Below are positions 55,818-64,000 of a DNA stretch of 64,000 bases, piece by piece. Location: the IMG/VR virus record IMGVR_UViG_3300022602_000072, one strand, 5' to 3'. Each line of letters starts with the position of its first letter. Positions within the stretch are counted from its first letter, which is position 1. The stretch comes from an uncultured virus (IMG/VR IMGVR_UViG_3300022602_000072). Lineage: Duplodnaviria > Heunggongvirae > Uroviricota > Caudoviricetes. A program made the translations under genes and the position numbers. The notes below the pieces were generated by a model. It searched no databases, was not told where the DNA came from, and worked only from the letters and a program-made list of their open reading frames with translations.

Positions 55818-56492
55818 ATGGCAATAACTAACCAAAATCAACTAAGTAACTTGATGACGGATCCGGTCCGTAATTTTAAGTTCCTTGTGCAATTTAGCCC
55901 AATCTCCCCAGATGGTAAAACCCAAGATGCTTACTGGAATAAGAGTGCATCTCAGAGTACGGCAAACTCATTTGGTACGATGGGGTTTGTTTCCCTTACC
56001 GGCCTAAGCGTATCGACAGAGTCGATTGCTTACCGTGAAGGCGGATACAACACCAACGTTCACCAGATTCCAGGACAAAGCTCATTTACACCAATCACCC
56101 TTACTAAAGGTGTTATGTTGGGACAAATGGGTAACGCTGACTGGATGCGCCGTTTGTTTACCGTACTAACCCCACAGTCGGGGCCTTCAGTCGGTGAGCA
56201 ATTCCGTTGCAACCTAGATATCCAGGTTCTTACTCATCCAAATCCTGGCTTCACTGCAGGAAGCGATTCTACTTCTATGGGTGATGGTGCAACAAGTTCA
56301 CCACACACCTCACTTCGTTTCAAGGTCTATAACGCATGGATTACATCCTTGACCTATAGCAACCTTGATGCAGGTGCTAACACCCTCATGGTAGAGGACA
56401 TTACTTTGGTACATGAAGGATTCGATGTATCATACGCAACTGATTACACAAAGAGTGGAACAGCCCCAGGTCTTGGCGGCTATAACGCATAA
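55818..56492 (+). CDS. Tail tube protein (T4 gp19-like)
   Basis: DPVRNFKF, YREGG, ITLTKG, NAW...LDA...E.ITLVHEG. Confidence 0.93.
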   Translation: MAITNQNQLSNLMTDPVRNFKFLVQFSPISPDGKTQDAYWNKSASQSTANSFGTMGFVSLTGLSVSTESIAYREGGYNTNVHQIPGQSSFTPITLTKGVMLGQMGNADWMRRLFTVLTPQSGPSVGEQFRCNLDIQVLTHPNPGFTAGSDSTSMGDGATSSPHTSLRFKVYNAWITSLTYSNLDAGANTLMVEDITLVHEGFDVSYATDYTKSGTAPGLGGYNA

Positions 56493-56518
56493 TCTATTAA
56501 AATAAAAAGGTACACAAT

Positions 56519-57331
56519 ATGACTACAAAAACAGTAAACGCAGCACTAGATCCATCAGTAGCTAACAAGCTAGCTACAGAAGCAATGTCTGATCAGGAGG
56601 CAACAGTTAAGGCTTTTAAGCCTGACGTTAAGTTGCCTCCTGCTACAGATGTAGAATTGCCTGGTGGCTTAATGGATCCCTTTAGCGGACTCATTAAGAC
56701 AGCAGAAGTAAGGGAGCTCAATGGAGCTGATGAAGAGGCCATCTCTAAGATGGCTGATCCAGGCCGAGCTCTCCTTACAATTCTAGAACGAGGCACAGTA
56801 AAGATTGGCTCTGAGAAGGTAACTGAACCACTATTAGATTCACTCTACGCTGGTGATAGGGAAGCAATCCTATTAGCTATTAGAAAAGCTACCTTTGGTT
56901 CAGATGTTAAGCTTGGACCAGCTCCTTGCCCATCATGCGGTGAAGAGCAGGTATTTGAAGTAGATTTAGATAAAGATGTTCCAGTAAAGACTCTGGAAGG
57001 TCCTGGAGAATTTACAGTAGATTGTAAGGTAGGAGAGGTAAGAGTTACCCTTCCTAAGGGCTCTGCTCAGAAGGCTGTCATTACTTCTAGCAACAAAACT
57101 GCAGCAGAACTAGATACAATTATTCTTAATAACTGCGTGTTATCTATAAATGACACGCTTGTAATAAGTCCGGCAGCTGTGAGGAATCTCAGCATCATGG
57201 ACCGCAGGAAGATTTTAGAAGAGATTACAGACCGCAACCCTGGCCCACAACTCAGTGAAATAAAAGTCTCATGTCAATTCTGCGGCACGGAGGTACCGCT
57301 TCCGCTAACTTTAGCGGAGTTGTTTCGCTAG
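56519..57331 (+). CDS. Tail assembly chaperone / baseplate-hub assembly protein
   Basis: RELNGADEE, GDR..ILLAIR..TFG, CPSCG, CQFCG; between tube and tape measure. Confidence 0.75.
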   Translation: MTTKTVNAALDPSVANKLATEAMSDQEATVKAFKPDVKLPPATDVELPGGLMDPFSGLIKTAEVRELNGADEEAISKMADPGRALLTILERGTVKIGSEKVTEPLLDSLYAGDREAILLAIRKATFGSDVKLGPAPCPSCGEEQVFEVDLDKDVPVKTLEGPGEFTVDCKVGEVRVTLPKGSAQKAVITSSNKTAAELDTIILNNCVLSINDTLVISPAAVRNLSIMDRRKILEEITDRNPGPQLSEIKVSCQFCGTEVPLPLTLAELFR

Positions 57332-57476
57332 TGCAGTAGATTACGAGACCTTAATGGATATGTACTACCTATTAACGGAGGAATATCCTGGATGGTCTTT
57401 AGAAGACGTACGTTCCCTAAGTATACGGGAACGCTTAAACTGGTTAAGTAAAGCTACGGGAAGAAAAAGGCGGTGA
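57324..57476 (+). CDS. Chaperone C-terminal extension (G-T-like), probably via +1 frameshift
   Basis: +1 frame open 57315-57476 encoding ...Y.TL...YPGWSLEDVRSL..RER..W. Confidence 0.6.
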   Translation, partial: FASAVDYETLMDMYYLLTEEYPGWSLEDVRSLSIRERLNWLSKATGRKRR

Positions 57477-57481
57477 GTTAA

Positions 57482-60037
57482 ATGGCAGATGCCTATGGTA
57501 ATGCAGTAGGGCCTTCAGATCAGCCTGGCTATGCAAGCGTAGAGTCAGCTGCCTTTGACGCCATGCCTAAAGAATGGCTAAAGCTATTTACAGATGTACG
57601 TAAGATCGTCAAAGAAATTGTTGACGATGTTAATACTTCTACTCAAAAGATACAGTCTGCCCGAGGTATTGTAGATCAAAATACCCCTGGCTCTGGAAGA
57701 CTGGGTCTTGGAGCAATTACTAAAGGTCAAGCCCTATCTGGTTTAGGACTTGGCGTAGTTGCAACCGGTGCTCTTGGCATGTCCATGGCACCAAGCACAA
57801 TGTCTGCGGTAACTCAGGCAATGGGTGCTTCAACCTATGCCGGCTTTGCAGGCATGACAAATATGCAAGCGACCCGTCTTGCTAATTCTCAAGTAGGTAT
57901 GGGAGCTACAAGCGCTATGGGACCAACCATGGCTGCTATGACCCTTTCTAATCTTGGCTATACAGCTAACTCTATGAGCTCACAAAATGTTATGAGCCAA
58001 TTAGCGGGCCTTAGTGCTATGACCGGTATGAGCAACGAACAAGCTGCTGGTGCTGTAGCAGGCGTAAATGGAATGAATTTCCTGCGTCTAGGTATCAGGG
58101 TTCGTGATAGCAAGGGTAACTTGCTTCCACCTAACCAGATTGTTAACTCTGTATACAACGCTTTAATTCGTGGCAAGATTACTTCTCAACAAGCTGCCAC
58201 CGCATTTTTAAATCCTGGTGGTAAGGGCTATCAAGTTCTTCAACAAGTGTCTGGTGGCAATGCTGCCTTGATGCAAACACTGCAGTCCGGTATGATGGCC
58301 CGTGCTCAAATTGGTAGCGACATAACAGCTGCTCAAATGGGCAATGCTAAGACAATGCTTGGCGCTATGAATGTTGATAAGTCAAGCCCTATGTATTCTA
58401 ATTTTGCAAATAACACTGCACAAGCCAATGCGCTAGCTGCTACTGAGCAGGGGCTTGTTGGTGGATACAATACGGCGCTCAATACTAATGCGTCTTTAAC
58501 AAATGATTTTGCCAGTGTTGCTAATGCAGCATCTGGTGTAACCCGAGCCCTTATGGGACTTAAGGGTATGCTTGAAACTTTTCCAAATGCTGGTGGTGTT
58601 GGAGGAACTCTAACTAGAGGTGCCGGAGCTATTGGCGGAGCTGCTATGAACGCCTATGCTATGAAAAAGGTTTTAGGGGGAATGGGAACAGCAGTAACAG
58701 TTGCTGAAGATGTTGGAACAGTTGCTAAGGACGCAGGTCTTTTAGCTAAGATTGGCGGGGTTGCTCTTAAGGCTCTCCCACTATTAGCATTCCTAGGTGG
58801 ACCAGAAGATCATGGTGATGGTGGACACGGCGCATCTACAGGACAGGGCGGACCAACTAGCGGAACTCTTCCTGTACCTAAGAGCACCCCGATTACATCA
58901 AAGTACGGACCACGTGGTGGTGGAGCAAAGACAAAAGGTTTCCACGCAGGTATTGACTTTGGTGCCCAAACAGGAACTAGGGTATTTGCACACGCTGCCG
59001 GCACAGTAACCATCGTAGGCAATGGTGGTGGATATGGTAAGTATGTAGAAGTAGATCACGGAACCTATCGCACTCGTTATGCTCACTTAAAGTCTATCTC
59101 TGTATCAAGAGGACAAAAAGTTTCTGGTGGAGATATTATCGGCATTTCTGGTGCTACAGGTAATGTAACTGGACCTCACCTTCACTTTGAAGTATTGGTT
59201 AATGGTAAAAAAGTTGACCCAACTCCTTACCTAAGTAACTCTACAAACGCCTCACCTAAAGCAGTTAATTCTTCTGTAGGTTCATTATCAAGCCAGGACA
59301 TCAACTCTATTATTGCTAGCTTGGGACCTACAGGCGCAAATAATGCAGGCAACATGTTTGGTGAAGCGGCAGCAAAAAATTTAAATAATGGAACTGCTTA
59401 TTCCTTTTTCAAAGGTAAATTTCAAACTACTCAAGGAACTATTCTTGGTACCGGCTCTCAGCAGGCTTGGGCTAAGACACTTCTACAAAAATTAGGTAAA
59501 CCTACAACCTCTTCTAACATTGCTGCTTTAACTACTTGGGCTGCATACGAAGGCGGTCAGTGGCATAACTCAGCTCACTATAACCCTTTAAATACTGAGC
59601 AAGGTGCTCCTGGCGCTACTAATATGAATACTGAGGGAGTTAAGTCTTACGTATCTTGGGATCAAGGATACAAGGCAACCATAGCTACCCTAAATAATGG
59701 AAGGTATAAGAATATCCTTGCCGCCTTAGGTCGTGGAAATAATACTGGCGCCGTATTAAGTGCAGTAGACCATTCTCCTTGGGGCACACATATTCCTGGC
59801 TATGGTGGACCTGGAGCTGAATTAGGAACTGCTGGAGTGGCAGTAAAGTACTCTAGTGGTCGTGGAGGCCCCGCATCTGTAAGCCCTCCTATGGTTGGAT
59901 CTAATGTTGTAATTAACCTAAACATGAAGGTTCAAATTGCTCAGTCAAGTGTTGCTGAGGCTAAGAGACTAGTCAATATTGTTGGACAAGAGCTAAAGAA
60001 TAGCGCTGTGCTTAAGAGCATTGGGGGATCAATCTAA
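57482..60037 (+). CDS. Tape-measure protein with M23 peptidase and C-terminal lysozyme-like domain
   Basis: Ala/Gly/Met-rich helical N-half; HAGIDF, GYG.YV, YAHL, GPHLHFE; W...EGG...NPLNT. Confidence 0.85.
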   Translation: MADAYGNAVGPSDQPGYASVESAAFDAMPKEWLKLFTDVRKIVKEIVDDVNTSTQKIQSARGIVDQNTPGSGRLGLGAITKGQALSGLGLGVVATGALGMSMAPSTMSAVTQAMGASTYAGFAGMTNMQATRLANSQVGMGATSAMGPTMAAMTLSNLGYTANSMSSQNVMSQLAGLSAMTGMSNEQAAGAVAGVNGMNFLRLGIRVRDSKGNLLPPNQIVNSVYNALIRGKITSQQAATAFLNPGGKGYQVLQQVSGGNAALMQTLQSGMMARAQIGSDITAAQMGNAKTMLGAMNVDKSSPMYSNFANNTAQANALAATEQGLVGGYNTALNTNASLTNDFASVANAASGVTRALMGLKGMLETFPNAGGVGGTLTRGAGAIGGAAMNAYAMKKVLGGMGTAVTVAEDVGTVAKDAGLLAKIGGVALKALPLLAFLGGPEDHGDGGHGASTGQGGPTSGTLPVPKSTPITSKYGPRGGGAKTKGFHAGIDFGAQTGTRVFAHAAGTVTIVGNGGGYGKYVEVDHGTYRTRYAHLKSISVSRGQKVSGGDIIGISGATGNVTGPHLHFEVLVNGKKVDPTPYLSNSTNASPKAVNSSVGSLSSQDINSIIASLGPTGANNAGNMFGEAAAKNLNNGTAYSFFKGKFQTTQGTILGTGSQQAWAKTLLQKLGKPTTSSNIAALTTWAAYEGGQWHNSAHYNPLNTEQGAPGATNMNTEGVKSYVSWDQGYKATIATLNNGRYKNILAALGRGNNTGAVLSAVDHSPWGTHIPGYGGPGAELGTAGVAVKYSSGRGGPASVSPPMVGSNVVINLNMKVQIAQSSVAEAKRLVNIVGQELKNSAVLKSIGGSI

Positions 60038-61944
60038 TGGCTGTCACATATACTTACGGCTACACTGTACAGGCATATATCAATTGGGATGCTGCATATA
60101 AAACTGATCCTAACCTTGATATAGTAAACCTGCAGTACTACCCAAGCTACTTTCCTAACCTGTACCCAGTTCAAGCAGAGACAATAAACACGTCTACTAG
60201 TACAAAGTTTGAAGTTCAAAAGGGATTTGGACTAGTATTCCATGTTCGTCTTTATCAAATTAAAAACGATGGCGGCATTAAGACCTACTATGCGCTTAAG
60301 GAATCTTCTGATCTTCTTAAGCTTAAAATGAACTTCGAGTCTCAGTATTTTTCTCCTGCATCTGTAGGGGCGTCTACTAACAACGCACCAACACAGTTAA
60401 CCACCCCCACTATTGTTGGTGGCTCTAGTATGCCATACTATACTTTTCAGACAACGCTTTCAGCGGCCGGTGCAACTCTTACACAACCTTACTCAGTAAC
60501 TTTAGGTCAACAGGTTTCGGCTAATGATTTTAGTGGAACTTATGGAGGTGATACCTCAGTAACCCCTATTACTTTGGTCCCACTTAGCCCATCTCCAATT
60601 ATAGTTATAGGAGAAGCTGTACCTATTCCTACTTACCCTAAAGGATTAACCACTTATATTCAAAGCAGGCCACCATGGAAAACCTCAGGATATCAAAATG
60701 CTGGTGGTGGAAGCTTAAATACTATTTTTGATAAATGTAATAAACAATGGTATGTATTATTTATTGGTACACCTACACCTAACTCAACAAATACGGCAAG
60801 TACGTACAATATTGCCTACTATACCTCTGCAGTTAGTGGGGATATTTCTACATACCTCGAACACATTATTGATATGAATCACGACATGAGTGATTATGAT
60901 GGAAAAAATAGCCCTAGGACTGTGGCCCTGCAAACCATGCAGCAAATTGCTCTTGGGGATTGTATAGGGCAAAAGACTCTTAAAACTCCTGCCCCTTCTA
61001 ATGGAGGCGCAGCTTCGCCTAATCCACCGGCTATGGGTACAGAACGGTTTAACCCACCTACCCACATGATGACTAAGACTGCACCGTTTGCACCAAACAT
61101 TGTTGCGGCTCGTGCCTATGTGGGCTCAGAGCTTATGGTTACGGCTATGGCTGAAGATGTTTTAAAGCAGTATGCCTCTAGCAGCTTGGGAAAGATTATT
61201 CAGGATCCAAATGGAGCTGCTACTCTTAATACTAATCCGGATCACATTAAAAATTTGGCGGTGGGTAAAGGACAGACAGCTGCTCAATGGGGATTTAGGT
61301 TTATGTATAACCCAACTACTTTCTCCTATAGCACCGCATCTAATAATGCTGTTGACTGGACGCTTGGTTCATCAGATCCATCTATATTGTTACAAGGCAA
61401 TCAGACTGTAAACGTGGAGCTTTATCTAAACCGTATTGTGGATATGACCTACCTTCTTAGATATCCTACAGGTGGACCAGAGACTGCCGGCTCCTATGGT
61501 GGTGGCGGGTTAAGTGAAGAACAGGCTCAAGGCATTCTAAATAGAGGTACTGAATACGACATTGAATATTTATATCGTGTGCTAAATGGCGACCCTCTAA
61601 CTAACTCACTTCTTCTTTCCGATAGCTACAGAGGTTCGGGAGCTACCGCAGACTTTGGCTACACAACTGGAACTCCTTGCTGGCTTTATCTAAACGATAA
61701 TCTTAGGTACTTTGGATCAGTGGCGTCTATGCAGGTCAACCACATGATCTTTAACGTTCAGATGATTCCTATGTTAAGTGTGGTTAACATAACATTTACT
61801 AGGTACCCGGCTCTCTGGACTGACCCAAATGCTGCAAAGGTTGTTAAGGGAACAAAGATTGGTACAGAAGCTAACTTTGTAACAACCATATCACAGTATC
61901 TAATTAGTAACGGCAATACTACCGGAACAGGAACAGGTGCCTAA
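60037..61944 (+). CDS. Baseplate / tube-initiator protein
   Basis: FRFMYNP, GTEYDIEYL motifs; position after tape measure. Confidence 0.6.
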   Translation: MAVTYTYGYTVQAYINWDAAYKTDPNLDIVNLQYYPSYFPNLYPVQAETINTSTSTKFEVQKGFGLVFHVRLYQIKNDGGIKTYYALKESSDLLKLKMNFESQYFSPASVGASTNNAPTQLTTPTIVGGSSMPYYTFQTTLSAAGATLTQPYSVTLGQQVSANDFSGTYGGDTSVTPITLVPLSPSPIIVIGEAVPIPTYPKGLTTYIQSRPPWKTSGYQNAGGGSLNTIFDKCNKQWYVLFIGTPTPNSTNTASTYNIAYYTSAVSGDISTYLEHIIDMNHDMSDYDGKNSPRTVALQTMQQIALGDCIGQKTLKTPAPSNGGAASPNPPAMGTERFNPPTHMMTKTAPFAPNIVAARAYVGSELMVTAMAEDVLKQYASSSLGKIIQDPNGAATLNTNPDHIKNLAVGKGQTAAQWGFRFMYNPTTFSYSTASNNAVDWTLGSSDPSILLQGNQTVNVELYLNRIVDMTYLLRYPTGGPETAGSYGGGGLSEEQAQGILNRGTEYDIEYLYRVLNGDPLTNSLLLSDSYRGSGATADFGYTTGTPCWLYLNDNLRYFGSVASMQVNHMIFNVQMIPMLSVVNITFTRYPALWTDPNAAKVVKGTKIGTEANFVTTISQYLISNGNTTGTGTGA

Positions 61945-61946
61945 CA

Positions 61947-62228
61947 ATGATTGAGCGTGTATCACGATACTACGACGGTCCTTTGGGCCAAACTCCTAAT
62001 AAGTACACAGGAAACTATGAGATATCTGTTTATAGAAAATTTCCTGATTACAAGGTAGTTAATTACCTTTTGTACTCTTGGAAAGACGGAGATAGTCTTG
62101 CTCACTTAGCAAATGTATATTGCGGTGGGTCTAAGTACTGGTGGGAAATTATGGATATCAACCCAGATATTTCTGACCCATTCTCTATACTTCCTGGAAC
62201 AACTATTAGGGTTCCATATGGCAATTAA
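61947..62228 (+). CDS. LysM-like baseplate protein (P2 gpX-like)
   Basis: GDSL..LA..Y.G...WWEI...NP...PGT.IRVP. Confidence 0.8.
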   Translation: MIERVSRYYDGPLGQTPNKYTGNYEISVYRKFPDYKVVNYLLYSWKDGDSLAHLANVYCGGSKYWWEIMDINPDISDPFSILPGTTIRVPYGN

Positions 62229-63078
62229 TGATTTTAGTCAGGATATACCTGCCCAACAAAACTTTGTTTGGAGTACGGCATCCTCTACTTCCTTTTTTGT
62301 TTCCTTTCCTAATACTCCGGATATGGACCTAATTCTTGTTGGGGCTGAACTTCATCAGGATATAGAAGAGCACGATCGCTTAGTGCTGCACTTTAAAGGC
62401 AAGCCTATGCTGAAGCGTGGTGCCATTGTATCTAATGACCCTGTAGTATTTTCTTTTACGTCTGGAAAGATAAACTCTATCTGGCACGGATATGTGCACC
62501 ATATAACTCAGGGCAATACCCATCAGGGCGGTAATACGGACATTGTCTGCGTAGGGGCATCCTCTATTCTTAAAGACACTGCTCAAAAGGTTTACACGAA
62601 CACTACCTATGATAAGGTCGTTACTAGTGTAGGGACTTCTAAAGGTTTTGAAGTAATTGCTCAGAGGCATGGACAGCTTAAAGAAGTAATAGTTCAGACC
62701 GGCGAAAGCTACTGGCAGCTACTTAAGCGTATGGCTAGGGTAAGTGGATTTGCTCTTCTTGTCGAGAACATGACTATCTTTTTTGTATCTAAGGATAAGA
62801 TTTTTCAAAGTAAGAAAAAAGGCGCCTCATACTTTAAGTACGTAGATAGCGAAGTTACTGGAGTTACTACACGAGAGCTTCGTATGACTGGAACTATCCT
62901 AGAATTTAAGCCTATTATTTCTGATCAGACTCCTGAGATGGGGGTAAGAATAGACAGGGTTATCTCTGGTATTGATAAGCAAACCGGAACCTTGATTAAG
63001 TCTAAGCACCCAAATACTGGACCTCTTCCAAGTAACCCTGGAGTTGTTATACCTAATGAGGAGTACTTCTTATCATGA
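62218..63078 (+). CDS. Baseplate hub protein, N-part (P2 gpD/VgrG-like)
   Basis: W.GYV, Q.GESYWQLLKRMA...GF. Confidence 0.75.
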   Translation: MAINDFSQDIPAQQNFVWSTASSTSFFVSFPNTPDMDLILVGAELHQDIEEHDRLVLHFKGKPMLKRGAIVSNDPVVFSFTSGKINSIWHGYVHHITQGNTHQGGNTDIVCVGASSILKDTAQKVYTNTTYDKVVTSVGTSKGFEVIAQRHGQLKEVIVQTGESYWQLLKRMARVSGFALLVENMTIFFVSKDKIFQSKKKGASYFKYVDSEVTGVTTRELRMTGTILEFKPIISDQTPEMGVRIDRVISGIDKQTGTLIKSKHPNTGPLPSNPGVVIPNEEYFLS

Positions 63079-63689
63079 GTAACTTTTCAAACAACACCCC
63101 AACATCTACTTTAAAATCTACGTATCAAAAGCACCATGTCTATGAGGTATCCGGTAGTTTAACTGAATCAAAGCATATTGCCGATAACTATGCAAACGCT
63201 AATCGCTATCAGCATAGGGCTGAGGTTCTTGTTGTCGGGGATTCAACTATACGTCCTTATGATCCAATATACCTTGACGGTCTACCTAATGGCATGTCTG
63301 GTTATTGGACAGTTCTTTCTGTACGTCACGTATTTGGTGGTACTCCTGCCAGCTACATGCTGCGTCTAGAGGTAGGAACTGATGTAATTGGGGATGTAGA
63401 TCCCAATGCCGCCAATAGATCAAACCTACGGGATGTTCAAAGCGATCTTGCTGGACAATCTTTGACCTCATCAGGTGCTCAACTAACTCAGTACTCTTTG
63501 TCTCCAAATGCTAGTCCCATAGAACCTTTGACTAGCGCTAGCGACCCCACAGCTGTGGTTAACCCATCTCCAGTAGCTGTTCCAACTATCGCAGGTATAA
63601 CTCCTAATAAGGATCATGCCCCTAATCTAAAGAATGTAAAAAGAACGGTACAATGGACCGCTAAGAGTAATGGGAAGGTCCTCAAATGA
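63075..63689 (+). CDS. Baseplate hub protein, C-part
   Basis: GD..IRP...IYL.GL...SGYW.V.SV.H. Confidence 0.65.
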   Translation: MSNFSNNTPTSTLKSTYQKHHVYEVSGSLTESKHIADNYANANRYQHRAEVLVVGDSTIRPYDPIYLDGLPNGMSGYWTVLSVRHVFGGTPASYMLRLEVGTDVIGDVDPNAANRSNLRDVQSDLAGQSLTSSGAQLTQYSLSPNASPIEPLTSASDPTAVVNPSPVAVPTIAGITPNKDHAPNLKNVKRTVQWTAKSNGKVLK

Positions 63690-64000
63690 GTTTGCCTACA
63701 GAACATGAATACGGTTTTGATCCCCAAGGACGCCACCGCTTTTATGGGATTTATTCAGCCCGAGTCACCAGTATCTCTGATCCTCTTAAAAAATATAGAA
63801 TTCAAGTTCAGATACCTCAGCTACATGGTACGGAAATACGGAACCATTGGATTCCGGCTTGCCTACCAGTAACCCATCTATCCTCTCAAGTTGCATCCTC
63901 GTTGACTACAACTGCTACCACTGCCTCGGGTGGAGATCCCCAAGGGGGAACCGTAACAGTTTCTATACCGGCCCTGACCGTTACCCCAAAGACGACACCA
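63686..64000 (+). CDS. Baseplate spike (gp5/gpV OB-fold), 3'-truncated
   Basis: RFYGIYSARV....DP....RIQVQIPQL.G.....W. Confidence 0.8.
   Translation, partial: MSLPTEHEYGFDPQGRHRFYGIYSARVTSISDPLKKYRIQVQIPQLHGTEIRNHWIPACLPVTHLSSQVASSLTTTATTASGGDPQGGTVTVSIPALTVTPKTTP

Noticed and set aside
1..64000. Numerous antisense and nested ORFs of 60-160 aa in the track
   Set aside because: They overlap well-supported genes, lack RBSs and have shadow-frame composition
1..64000. Prophage/lysogeny, DGR, intron/intein or alternative genetic code
   Set aside because: No integrase, repressor or reverse transcriptase recognised; terL, nrdJ and capsid are uninterrupted; long genes read normally in code 11 and no suppressor tRNA was seen

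Overview
This window is 64 kb of a large, apparently lytic tailed phage with a contractile tail (myovirus). The host is most likely an actinobacterium, inferred from WhiB, two DUF4192-like genes and an MSMEG_6728-type glycosylase. Layout: (1) 3' part of a class II ribonucleotide reductase on + (1-1566). (2) A leftward arm of small early/accessory genes (about 1.9-17.1 kb) with a HicA-like protein, a pyrimidine-dimer glycosylase, a MoxR AAA+/vWA pair, WhiB and tRNA-Arg; a 100-N scaffold gap lies at 15732-15831. (3) A divergence point at about 17.2 kb. (4) A rightward arm with Hsp20, three tRNAs, an HslV/proteasome-like protease, terminase, portal, scaffold, major capsid, fibres, sheath, tube, chaperone, tape measure and baseplate genes. 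The most striking unexplained signals are non-coding and lie in the early arm. An 11-12 bp motif (CAACACAAACA[A]) recurs 10 times, usually about every 1.1-1.8 kb, always on the sense strand and in all three reading frames. Four copies of a ~30-nt H-type RNA pseudoknot with compensatory base changes sit at consecutive junctions around tRNA-Arg. Also noted: several candidate structured RNAs, a switch-like leader on a transglycosylase gene, a probable +1 (UUU-CGC) frameshift in the tail chaperone, and a Cys-rich 'stalk-and-knob' fibre-like protein. All calls are by eye; no database search was run.
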